A stretch of 64,000 nucleotides of DNA from Acidobacteriota bacterium (lineage in GTDB: Bacteria > Acidobacteriota > UBA890 > WLXD01). Position numbers and translations under genes: made by a program. Below the pieces are notes generated by a model. That model ran no database searches, was not told where the DNA came from, and was given only the letters and a program-made list of their open reading frames with translations. How positions within the stretch are numbered: position 1 is the first letter of the stretch; each line of letters opens with the position of its first letter. Below are positions 37,785-46,594 of this stretch, one piece after another. The stretch lies in the NCBI GenBank assembly GCA_963666055.2, contig CAXWPH010000015.1:896001-960000 (forward strand). The letters run 5' to 3'.

Positions 37785-38762
37785 ATGCGGTACCTGTCTG
37801 CCGCCGATCTCGACTTAGCGCTTCCCATCGATGCCGCCATCGATGCGATGGAGGCGGTCTTCGGCGCCGCTGCTCGCGGGCAGACCGATGTGCCCGAGCG
37901 GACGGTTATCTACGGCACGCGCAGCGACGGCGATTCCGAGTCGCTGTTGCTCACCATGCCGGCTGGCTGGCAGGGGCGTGGCTCAGGTGCGAAGGTCTCG
38001 AGCTTCATTGCCGACAACCCGTCGCGCGGCTTGGCCGCCGTGCAGGGAATCGCGGTGCTGTTCGACACCGATAGCGGGAGCCCGGTGCTGCTGACCGACG
38101 CGGCCGCGCTCACGGTGCGGCGAACCGCGGCCATGGCCGGTCTGGCTACACGCTTTCTGGCGCGTGCCGATGCGACACGCTTGGCAATTATCGGTACGGG
38201 TGCTTTGGCTGCCGACATGATCGCGGCGGTGTGCTGCGTACGGTCGATTGTGGCCGTGGTGGCCTTCAACCGCACCCCGTCGAAGGCGGAGGCGTTGATG
38301 GACTCGCTGGTCATCGGCGGAGCAGTGGCCGCGACGGCGGAAGACGCGGCGCGCGATGCCGACGTGTTGGTGTTGGCAACGTCATCGACGACGCCCGTGG
38401 TGGCCGATGCGGCGATCGGGCCCGGCACGCATATCAACGCCGTCGGCAACTTCTCGCCGCGGGGGAGCGAGCTGCCGCCGGAAACCGTCGCCCGGTGCAC
38501 GCTGTTCGTAGATAGCTACGACAGCGCGCTCTCAGAGGCCGGTGACCTGATCCTTGCCGCCGAACAGGGTTTGATCCCGGCCGGCCGCGAGGGCGTTTGC
38601 GGGGATCTCGCGGAGTTGTCTGCCGGGGCGGCCCCGCTACGCTCGAGCGCCCAGGAGATCACGCTGTTCAAGAGCGTTGGGACGGCCCTTGCCGACCTGG
38701 GGGCGCTTTGGGCCGCGAACCAGATGGCTTCGGATCGCAACATCGGCATACGTCTTGACTGA
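37785..38762 (+). CDS. Ornithine cyclodeaminase/mu-crystallin family protein
   Basis: LTVRRTAA, IGTG, HINAVG and LFKSVG. Confidence 0.9.
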   Translation: MRYLSAADLDLALPIDAAIDAMEAVFGAAARGQTDVPERTVIYGTRSDGDSESLLLTMPAGWQGRGSGAKVSSFIADNPSRGLAAVQGIAVLFDTDSGSPVLLTDAAALTVRRTAAMAGLATRFLARADATRLAIIGTGALAADMIAAVCCVRSIVAVVAFNRTPSKAEALMDSLVIGGAVAATAEDAARDADVLVLATSSTTPVVADAAIGPGTHINAVGNFSPRGSELPPETVARCTLFVDSYDSALSEAGDLILAAEQGLIPAGREGVCGDLAELSAGAAPLRSSAQEITLFKSVGTALADLGALWAANQMASDRNIGIRLD

Positions 38763-38853
38763 GTGGGGGCGCGAGCGAGTCTTGTGACCACACCAGGACA
38801 CGTTTATCCTAAAGAGTACTGGTCATCCGCTTACGAGCCGTTACGGAGCCTTC

Positions 38854-39237
38854 ATGGAACCCACAGCTAGCGAGCAGCCCGAAAGCTCGGCCTTGCCGCC
38901 GACCTCGAAAGCACCGCTTGTGTTCACCGAGGCCGCCATCGCCAAGGTACGCGAGTTCCTGGACACGAAGCCGGACGCCCAAGGCAAGATGCTGCGCATC
39001 TTCGTTCAGGGAGGCGGCTGTTCAGGCTTCGAGTACGGGTTCTCATTCGACGAGCACAAGGAAGGCGATCTGGTGATCCCACAGGGCGACATCGAGGTGC
39101 TGCTCGACTCCTTCAGCCTTCCATACCTGGAGGGGTGTCACGTCGACCACGCCGAGACTCTGATGGGCAGCGGGTTCTCGGTGAAGAACCCGAACGCCAC
39201 CGGGACTTGCGGCTGCGGGCATTCGTTCTCCGCCTAG
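38854..39237 (+). CDS. erpA: A-type Fe-S carrier (ErpA/IscA)
   Basis: GGGCSGFEY and NPNATGTCGCGHSF. Confidence 0.9.
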   Translation: MEPTASEQPESSALPPTSKAPLVFTEAAIAKVREFLDTKPDAQGKMLRIFVQGGGCSGFEYGFSFDEHKEGDLVIPQGDIEVLLDSFSLPYLEGCHVDHAETLMGSGFSVKNPNATGTCGCGHSFSA

Positions 39238-39246
39238 CGGAGTTCT

Positions 39247-40086
39247 TCAGCACCCTGCGAGGGAGTCGGTGCCGGGGCGACTGCGCGGCTTGGTGCCCCA
39301 GTGGAGGGCGACGGTACCCAGGGTGAGGCGCCGATACGCGACCTCGGTGAAGCCGGCTTGGCTGAGGATAGCGGCGAAGGACTCCGGGCTCTCCCAGGCG
39401 TCGATGCTGCGGTTGAGGTAGTGGAACGGGACGGAGGTGCCAGTTAGCCAGCGACCGATGTTGGGGACGACGGCTCGCGTGTAGATGCGGTGCCCCCAGC
39501 GGACAGCGGCAAGTGGGGGGTCGCAAAATTCGAGGATCACGAGGCGTCCGCCGGGTTTGAGCACACGGTGTGCTTCGGAGAGCACGGGACGCAGGATGGG
39601 GCGCACGTTGCGCATCGCGAAGGCGGAAAGGGCTCCGTCGAAGCTGGCCGCGTCGTAGGGAAGGGCTTCGGCGCTGGCGACGTGAAACGGCACCGGGAGA
39701 TCGGCTCGCGATTGCTTGGCGTGGGCAGCGTTGATCATCTCGCGGGCGAAGTCGACACCCACCGCTCGATGGCCGGCGCCGGCCGAGGCGAGTGCAAGGT
39801 CACCGGTTCCTGTGGCGATGTCGAGAACAGCACCGCCGGCCGGCACTCCGAGTTGGCGGATCGCAGCGCGCCGCCATGCGGTGTCCAGGCCGAGGCTGGC
39901 CCAGCGGTTGAACGTGTCGTAGCGGGGCGCGAGGCCATCGAACATTCGCTGCACGGCGTCGGTGAACGATCCGCCGGCAGCCTCGACGCGGTCCGGAGCG
40001 CCGCCGCTGTCAGGATCGAGTTCTTTGCCCACGATCAGAGAGCGTGCCAGAATATGCCTCCTCGCGTCGTTATCAGGTGTCGACAA
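39247..40086 (-). CDS. ubiE: Demethylmenaquinone methyltransferase
   Basis: MFDGLAPRYD, LDIATGTGD and RVLKPGG. Confidence 0.88.
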   Translation of the reverse strand: MSTPDNDARRHILARSLIVGKELDPDSGGAPDRVEAAGGSFTDAVQRMFDGLAPRYDTFNRWASLGLDTAWRRAAIRQLGVPAGGAVLDIATGTGDLALASAGAGHRAVGVDFAREMINAAHAKQSRADLPVPFHVASAEALPYDAASFDGALSAFAMRNVRPILRPVLSEAHRVLKPGGRLVILEFCDPPLAAVRWGHRIYTRAVVPNIGRWLTGTSVPFHYLNRSIDAWESPESFAAILSQAGFTEVAYRRLTLGTVALHWGTKPRSRPGTDSLAGC

Positions 40087-40127
40087 GTGTGCGGTTCCCG
40101 TCGTCGGGCGGCCTCGGAGGCCCAGAG

Positions 40128-40433
40128 TTGAGTGAGCTAAAGACGGTGGCCAGCGTTACTGACCTGGTCGAAGGCACCGGTAAGACGATCGAGATCGGCG
40201 AGTCAGAGATCGCATTGTTCAACGTTGGCGGAGCGTTCCACGCCATCGAGAACACCTGCTGTCATCGCGGCGGTCCGGTCGGTGATGGTGATCTCGACGG
40301 CCACACGGTCAGCTGCCCGTGGCACGGCTGGCGCTTCGACGTGGCCAGCGGCGAGTGCCTCAACTCTCCCGGCGATTGGCTGCGAACCTACGAGGTTGTT
40401 GTCGAGGGGACGGCGGTGCGGGTGAGGCTTTGA
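40128..40433 (+). CDS. Rieske [2Fe-2S] ferredoxin
   Basis: CCH.GGP..CPWHG, with GGAGG before TTG 40128. Confidence 0.85.
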   Translation: MSELKTVASVTDLVEGTGKTIEIGESEIALFNVGGAFHAIENTCCHRGGPVGDGDLDGHTVSCPWHGWRFDVASGECLNSPGDWLRTYEVVVEGTAVRVRL

Positions 40434-40524
40434 GGATCTGTTCCCTTTCACGGGTTACGTTCTACACTGAAAGATCGAAAACGAGTCGCAGCCCAGGTCG
40501 TGGCGGACTAGTGAGGCACGAGCG

Positions 40525-41172
40525 GTGGTGAAGAAAGCGCGGGTCACTCGGGAGCGTGAGGTACGGCTCTACGAGAACGACTTCCTCGAGTCGCTTACTC
40601 GCGTCCATCCGGCGGTGCCGATCGCCATTTGGGGACCGATCGCGTTGGCGCTCATTTACCTGGGGTATTTGCGCGATCTGTCGGTCGGAACCGTCATCGC
40701 TTTGTCGATCTTCGGCGCCTTCGCGTGGACATTCACCGAGTATTGCCTGCATCGCTGGATCTTCCACTGGGAACCACAGCACGCCAGGCTCAAAGAGTTT
40801 CTCTACCCGCTGCACCGGCTCCATCACGACGTACAAGAGTGGGATCGGCTGTTGGCCCCGCCGATGATGGCAGTGCCGCTATACCTGATTCTGATGAGCG
40901 TCGGCTACTGGATCCTCGGCACTCCGACCCTGTTTCCGTTCTGGGGCGGCTTCACGATCGGTTATCTCTGCTACGACTACATCCATTTCTATACTCACTT
41001 CGTGAGGCCGAAGAACCGCATCGGGGTGGGGCTGCGCAAACGCCATCTGCAGCACCACTTCTCCGCCGAGGAACGCTGGTACGGCGTGAGCTCGCCACTG
41101 TGGGACTACGTGTTCCGCACCCATGTGCCACGTGGGCAGCGACCGTTCGAGGCCACCTCGCGACCGGACTAG
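40525..41172 (+). CDS. Fatty acid hydroxylase / sterol desaturase family (FA2H-like)
   Basis: His boxes HRWIFH, HRLHH, HFYTH and HLQHH, plus YGVSSPLWD. Confidence 0.9.
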   Translation: MVKKARVTREREVRLYENDFLESLTRVHPAVPIAIWGPIALALIYLGYLRDLSVGTVIALSIFGAFAWTFTEYCLHRWIFHWEPQHARLKEFLYPLHRLHHDVQEWDRLLAPPMMAVPLYLILMSVGYWILGTPTLFPFWGGFTIGYLCYDYIHFYTHFVRPKNRIGVGLRKRHLQHHFSAEERWYGVSSPLWDYVFRTHVPRGQRPFEATSRPD

Positions 41173-41201
41173 ACGACCGGGGGGGGGGTCGTACGGGGGC
41201 C

Positions 41202-41783
41202 CTACGGTTGCTCGAACCGAGCGCGACTCAGCAACGGCGATTCCAGCGCGCGCGTTGCGGTTCCTTTCTCAACGACATCCACGGCCAGCTCGTAGGTAGT
41301 CTCGGCCGGCGCGAAACAAGCTTTGTCGTTGCAAGCCTGATACAGGACGACGAACTCTAGGTCGCGAAATCCGAGCGCCGCCGTATCGGACACCTCGAGC
41401 ACTACGCCCGCCACGACGGATCCCTCCCACACTCGTAGCGGTCCATCCCAGAAGCCGAACGTGAGCTCGAGGGCGGGTGGATAGAAAACCTCGCTGACCG
41501 CGAATCCGTCCGCCTCCGCCAGACTCACCTCGGTGGCGATCAGGAAGTCCTCCGACGCGGGGTTCGCGTTGATATGGAACCCTTCGGCGACGCGGATCTC
41601 CACCGCCGCCCGCAGCGTTCCGCCGCGCGTTACCGGGCTCGTGGCGACCATCGCGGTGGACTCGGCACGCTCGCCCACCAGCTGCCCAGTGGCGACGTAG
41701 GCTGGCAACAGCATCGCGATCACCGCCGTCACCACGGTGCCTAATCGGATGGCGTGCGTGAGCGTGACACTAGTTCGCTGCAT
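41202..41783 (-). CDS. DsbD N-terminal domain protein
   Basis: GFHINAN and YQACNDKACF. Confidence 0.8.
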   Translation of the reverse strand: MQRTSVTLTHAIRLGTVVTAVIAMLLPAYVATGQLVGERAESTAMVATSPVTRGGTLRAAVEIRVAEGFHINANPASEDFLIATEVSLAEADGFAVSEVFYPPALELTFGFWDGPLRVWEGSVVAGVVLEVSDTAALGFRDLEFVVLYQACNDKACFAPAETTYELAVDVVEKGTATRALESPLLSRARFEQP

Positions 41784-43854
41784 CCGCGGCTCTCTTGCTC
41801 GCTTCGATTACCTTCTGCGCGATGTTCGGCGGCACGTCCTCGTAGCGGGAGAATTCCATCGTGTATGTGCCGCGCCCGCCGGTGAGTGAGTTGAGCTCCA
41901 CAGCGTAGCTGAGCAACTCGGCCAGTGGAGCCTCGGCGTGGATGATCTGCCGGTTCTTGCGGGGATCCATGCCCTGCACGCGCCCGCGCCGGGAATTCAG
42001 GTCGCCCATCACGTCGCCCATCGAATCGTCGGGCACGTTGATCTCCAGCTTCATGATGGGTTCGAGCAGCACCGGCCGCGCCCGTGGTAGAGCGTCTTTG
42101 AAGGCGAGTGAGCCGGCGATCTTGAACGCCATCTCCGATGAGTCGACGGAGTGCTGCTTGCCGTCAGTCAGCTGGACCTTGAAGTCGACCATCGGGTATC
42201 CAGCCAATACGCCGCGAGCCGATGCCTCGATGACGCCTTTCTCGACCGCCGGACGATACGACTGCGAGATCGAACCGCCGAAGATCTTGTCCTCGAACTG
42301 AAAGCCACTCCCGGCGGGAAGCGGCATGACAGTGATCTTGGCGACGCCGAACTGTCCGCGGCCACCAGACTGCTTCTTGTGGCGCCCTTCAGCCTCGGCA
42401 GTGCCGCGGATGGTCTCGCGGTAAGGAACCTTGGGCGGATGCAGCTTGGCGTTGACTCCATAGCGACGTTTCATCTTCGCCAGGGTTACCTCGACATGCA
42501 GCTGTCCGATACCCGATAGCAACAGCTCGTGGGTCTGCGGGTCACGCTCTACGCCGAGCGTCGGGTCCTCGTCCTTGAGGCGCGCAATGGCGTTGCTGAT
42601 CTTCTCCTCGTCGCCCTGGCTCTCGGGCTCCAGGGCGAACGAGATCGCTGGCTTTGGGAACGTTACGTGCTCGACTACCGCCTTGCTCGCCTTGTCGCGC
42701 AAGGTGTCGGACGTTCCGGTGTCCTTGAGCTTGGTGACCGCGAAGATCTGCCCGGAGACCGCTTCGGCGAGGGGTTCGAGCTGCTTGCCCTGCACCAAGG
42801 ACATGTTGGAGAGTCGCTCGTTCGATTCGGTACGCGCGTTGACGACGGTGGCGTCGGCCTTGACGCCGCCGGTGAAGGCTTTGACATAGTTGATGCGACC
42901 GGCGAACGCATCGGAGACCGTCTTGAAGACGAGTCCGGCGAATGGCGCGTCTGCTTTGGCGTCGATCCACACGTCCTCGCCGTCCTCGCGTATCAGCAGC
43001 TGTCGGCGATCGATAGGCGATGGAAGGAAGTCGACGCATGCATCGAGCACCCGATCCGTGCCGATGTTGCGGGCTGCCGACATACACAGTACCGGGAACA
43101 AGTGCATCCCGAATACCGCCTGGCGTACGCCTTCGGTGAGTTGTTCACCGGTGAGGTCGCCCTCCTCGAAGTAGATCTCCAGAAGCTCTTCGTTGCTCTC
43201 GGCGACCATCTCCACGAGGGCCTCGCGCGCCGCTTCGGCGGCGGCTTTCATGTCGTCCGGAACGTCGCCTGCGACGCCCTTGCCGTCGCCGTCGACCGTG
43301 TAGGTGTAGGCCTTCATGTCGAGTAAATCGACTACGCCGGTGAATTTGTCGGCTTCGCCGATCGGTAGCTGTAGGGCCACGACCTCGCGCCCGAAGGCAT
43401 CGACGCACGATTCGACGGCCCGCTCGAAGGAGCTGTTCTCGCGATCCAGGCGGTTGATGACGACGACGCCCGGGACCTTGAGGTCGCGCATGTACTCCCA
43501 CACCTTCTCGGTCATGACCTCGGCGCCCGATAGGGCGTCGACGGTGACCAGCGCGCCGTCCACCACCCGCATCGCGCCCTTGGTCTCGGCGCGAAACACG
43601 GCGTATCCGGGCGTGTCCACGAACGTGACCTGGGAACCACGCCACTGCGCATGGGCAAGGCCGACCTGAATTGAGATCTGGCGGTCGATCTCCTCCTCGT
43701 CGAAGTCGGTGATCGAATGGCCCTCCTCGACCCGCCCGAGCCGGCTCACAGCTCCAGTGGTGTAAAGGCACGCCGACACCAGGGTCGTCTTACCGGCGTC
43801 ATCGTGCCCGATAACACCTACGTTCCGGAGATCCTCGCTCGCGAACTTGGCCAT
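41770..43854 (-). CDS. fusA: Elongation factor G paralog (EF-G2 type)
   Basis: GHDDAGKTT, DTPGY, NRLD, KKQSGGRGQFG and HSVDSSE. Not in a str operon. Confidence 0.92.
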   Translation of the reverse strand: MAKFASEDLRNVGVIGHDDAGKTTLVSACLYTTGAVSRLGRVEEGHSITDFDEEEIDRQISIQVGLAHAQWRGSQVTFVDTPGYAVFRAETKGAMRVVDGALVTVDALSGAEVMTEKVWEYMRDLKVPGVVVINRLDRENSSFERAVESCVDAFGREVVALQLPIGEADKFTGVVDLLDMKAYTYTVDGDGKGVAGDVPDDMKAAAEAAREALVEMVAESNEELLEIYFEEGDLTGEQLTEGVRQAVFGMHLFPVLCMSAARNIGTDRVLDACVDFLPSPIDRRQLLIREDGEDVWIDAKADAPFAGLVFKTVSDAFAGRINYVKAFTGGVKADATVVNARTESNERLSNMSLVQGKQLEPLAEAVSGQIFAVTKLKDTGTSDTLRDKASKAVVEHVTFPKPAISFALEPESQGDEEKISNAIARLKDEDPTLGVERDPQTHELLLSGIGQLHVEVTLAKMKRRYGVNAKLHPPKVPYRETIRGTAEAEGRHKKQSGGRGQFGVAKITVMPLPAGSGFQFEDKIFGGSISQSYRPAVEKGVIEASARGVLAGYPMVDFKVQLTDGKQHSVDSSEMAFKIAGSLAFKDALPRARPVLLEPIMKLEINVPDDSMGDVMGDLNSRRGRVQGMDPRKNRQIIHAEAPLAELLSYAVELNSLTGGRGTYTMEFSRYEDVPPNIAQKVIEASKRAADAAN

Positions 43855-44044
43855 GCCTACCCTCGTTCCCTCGTTTCAGGGTAGCGCCGCCGACAGGCAC
43901 GCAGCGGAATCAGGGGGGGGCCGTGCGGGCCGACGAAGAACCGGTCGGCGCGAAGACTGCGCGAAAACGCTGGATGGTACCACGGCGAAGACGATCTTGG
44001 CGCGCCTTCGTAGGAGCGGTAGTGGCGCCCGCTCCGATCCGAGC

Positions 44045-45043
44045 TCAGGCTCGCCGAGCCTGCCTGAGGGTGGCGAGTAGGGTGCTCATGTCGCCTGGCG
44101 GTGCCACCTCGAATTCCATCCGCCGGCCGTCTTCGGGGTGCTCGAACGCAAGCCTGTGAGCATGAAGCGCGGGGCGCCCGAAGCCAGCGATCGCCCGTCG
44201 GACGCCGACGTCCTGGATGCCCTTCCACTGTTTCCCGGAGTACAGCGCATCACCTACCAGCGGATGGTGGATGTGCGCTAGGTGAGCGCGCACCTGGTGC
44301 GTACGGCCGGTACGCGGAAACGCGCGTAACAGCGTCACTCCGGGTCCCGGAAAATCCTCTTCGAGACTCCAGCGTGTGAGGGCGTCGCGCGCCTGGTTGG
44401 TGTTGGCGGAGATCTTCTTGCGGTCGGATCGGTCACGTCCCAGCGGTGTGTCGATCGTGCCGCTGTGTGCTTTCGGGCGCCCAAACACCAGGGCCAGGTA
44501 CTCTTTGCTCACCGTGCGGTTGGCGAACTGGTCGGCGATGCGCTGATGCGCCACGTCGGTCAGCGCGACGACGATTACACCGCTGGTTCCGCGATCGAGT
44601 CGGTGCACGATACCCGGCCTCGCGGTATCGGTCAGCGCCGAGAAGCGTCGTTGATAGCGGTGCAGCAGTGCGTGGACCAGCGTGCCGGTGGGGTGGCCAG
44701 GAGCGGGGTGTACGACCATGCCGGCCTGCTTGTTGATCACCGCCAGGGCAGCGTCCTCGTACAGGACGTCGAGCGGGATGTTCTCGGCGGTGATGTCCCA
44801 ATCCGGCGGGCGCGGCGCGAGGACGACGTGGACGGTCTGTCCCGAGATAACCGGGCTGGAGGCCTTGCGGGCGAGCGCGTCTCCGATTCGCACCGCGCCG
44901 GCCTCGATCAAGGCACGTGCACGAGAACGCGACACGTCGGCGAGCCGGCGGGCGAGCAATCGGTCGAGTCGCTCCCCGGCCTCTTGGTCGCTCACCTCGA
45001 GCCGTATCGTCGTTGGCTCGGGAGGTAGATCGGGCGGACTCAG
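44045..45043 (-). CDS. rluD: RluA-family pseudouridine synthase RluD (start uncertain)
   Basis: S4 domain RLD, NKQAGMVVHPAPG, HRLDRGTSG and TGRTHQVR. Confidence 0.9.
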   Translation of the reverse strand: MSPPDLPPEPTTIRLEVSDQEAGERLDRLLARRLADVSRSRARALIEAGAVRIGDALARKASSPVISGQTVHVVLAPRPPDWDITAENIPLDVLYEDAALAVINKQAGMVVHPAPGHPTGTLVHALLHRYQRRFSALTDTARPGIVHRLDRGTSGVIVVALTDVAHQRIADQFANRTVSKEYLALVFGRPKAHSGTIDTPLGRDRSDRKKISANTNQARDALTRWSLEEDFPGPGVTLLRAFPRTGRTHQVRAHLAHIHHPLVGDALYSGKQWKGIQDVGVRRAIAGFGRPALHAHRLAFEHPEDGRRMEFEVAPPGDMSTLLATLRQARRA

Positions 45044-45939
45044 GTGGTGCTCTCCGCTGCCTTCTGCACCCCGGTGCGCAGGCGCGCCAACATGCCCAGG
45101 GCCAGCGTCACCATCACGATGGAGACGAACTGCGAGGTAGAGAGCATGCCGTTGAAGATTGCCCCTCGAGGATCGCCACGCCAGAACTCGAGCACGAATC
45201 GGAAAACGCCGTACCCCAACACATACACCCAGAACACCTGGCCGTCGAATCTCTTGCGCTTGTACAACCACAGCAACAACCCGAAGATCGCCAGGTTGCC
45301 GAGCACCGAGTACAGCTGCGTAGGATGCAGGGGGATGTTCAGCGGAACACCCACCAGCGTGCCGCTGTAGCTGTTGTCGAACGTCACGCCCCAGGGTGCA
45401 TCGGTGGGGATGCCGTAGCAGCAGCCAGCCGCGAAGCAACCGACGCGGCCGAACGCATGCGCGATGGCGATTGCCGGCGCTGCGACGTCGGCCGCTTTCC
45501 ACAACGGCATCCCATAACGGCGTATGTACCAGATCCCCACCACCAGTCCGGCGATCATGCCGCCGTAGAAGACGCCTCCCGCCTGCAGCAAGCTCAGCCC
45601 CATTCGAGAGACCGTTCCGAGGAACGCGCCGAAGCTGCCGAGATACGGTGAGAGCACCTCGCCAACCCTGCCGCCGCCGTCCTCGAGGATGCTCCTGAAC
45701 TGGCGACCGTAGAAGTCGTGATCGACGACCAGCAGCAGCAGCTTCGCTCCCACCAGACCGCCGAGGATGATGTAGACGCCGAGGTCGACCATCTGATCCG
45801 GGTCGATGCCCTCGCGACGTGCCAGACGCCGCGCCACGATGACCGCGACCAGAAAGGCAACGACCAACAGCACGCCATAGGTGTGGATCGTAATGGGGCC
45901 GATGCCGGGGATCGGCAGCCGAAACAGAATCGGAAACAT
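45040..45939 (-). CDS. lgt: Prolipoprotein diacylglyceryl transferase
   Basis: GGVFYGG, GRVGCFAAGCCYG, HPTQLY and EFWR. Confidence 0.92.
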   Translation of the reverse strand: MFPILFRLPIPGIGPITIHTYGVLLVVAFLVAVIVARRLARREGIDPDQMVDLGVYIILGGLVGAKLLLLVVDHDFYGRQFRSILEDGGGRVGEVLSPYLGSFGAFLGTVSRMGLSLLQAGGVFYGGMIAGLVVGIWYIRRYGMPLWKAADVAAPAIAIAHAFGRVGCFAAGCCYGIPTDAPWGVTFDNSYSGTLVGVPLNIPLHPTQLYSVLGNLAIFGLLLWLYKRKRFDGQVFWVYVLGYGVFRFVLEFWRGDPRGAIFNGMLSTSQFVSIVMVTLALGMLARLRTGVQKAAESTT

Positions 45940-45954
45940 CGAAACCTCGTGAAC

Positions 45955-46527
45955 TCAGGCGTCGTCACGCGCCGGCTGATCGGCCGGTGTCACGACGTCG
46001 CTCGGGGAGTGCTCGGGTTCTGCTGGTTCCTTGGTATCCCGGGCAAGTGCCAGGAACAGAGCGATCCCACCCATGGTAACGGCTGAGTCGGCGACGTTGA
46101 AAGCGGGGAACTCGTACCGATTCCAGTGCAGAAGCACGAAGTCGATGACGTAGCCGTAGAGCAGCCGGTCGACAAGGTTCCCCATGGCGCCGCCGAGAAT
46201 CGCCCCGAACGCTAGGATGACAGATCGTTGCGCGCTTTCGTGGCGAGCGTACGACCAGATGATCCCAACCGCCGCGATCGCCACCGCTACCAACACCCAG
46301 CGAACCCATTCGGCTTGCCCGCTGTTGAAGAAGCCGAAGGCCATGCCGCGGTTGTGTACGTGTGTGAGCGAGAGCACGTTGCCCAGTACCGGCACCCGCG
46401 CGTGCAGGGGAATGTTCATCCAGCAGAGCGTCTTGGTGATTTGGTCGATGACCAGCACGCACACGCTGGTAAGCAGGATGACGCGCCGACGGTCAGACGG
46501 GTCGGGCACGGCAGCAGTCGATTCCAT
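45955..46527 (-). CDS. lspA: Signal peptidase II
   Basis: DQITK, NRGMAFG, GNLVDR, VIDF and FNVAD. Confidence 0.95.
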   Translation of the reverse strand: MESTAAVPDPSDRRRVILLTSVCVLVIDQITKTLCWMNIPLHARVPVLGNVLSLTHVHNRGMAFGFFNSGQAEWVRWVLVAVAIAAVGIIWSYARHESAQRSVILAFGAILGGAMGNLVDRLLYGYVIDFVLLHWNRYEFPAFNVADSAVTMGGIALFLALARDTKEPAEPEHSPSDVVTPADQPARDDA

Positions 46528-46533
46528 GTTTCC

Positions 46534-46560
46534 CTAGCAGGCGGTGGTGGAAGCGTGGTG
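46534..46560 (+). repeat. Degenerate end of the CTAG-MITE family
   Basis: CTAGCAGGCGGTGGTGGAAGCGTGGTG versus CTAGCAGGCCGTGGTGAAAGTGTGGTG at 579. Confidence 0.55.
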
Positions 46561-46594
46561 TAACCCTTCGGGCGCGGGCTCGCGGGCTCGGCGA

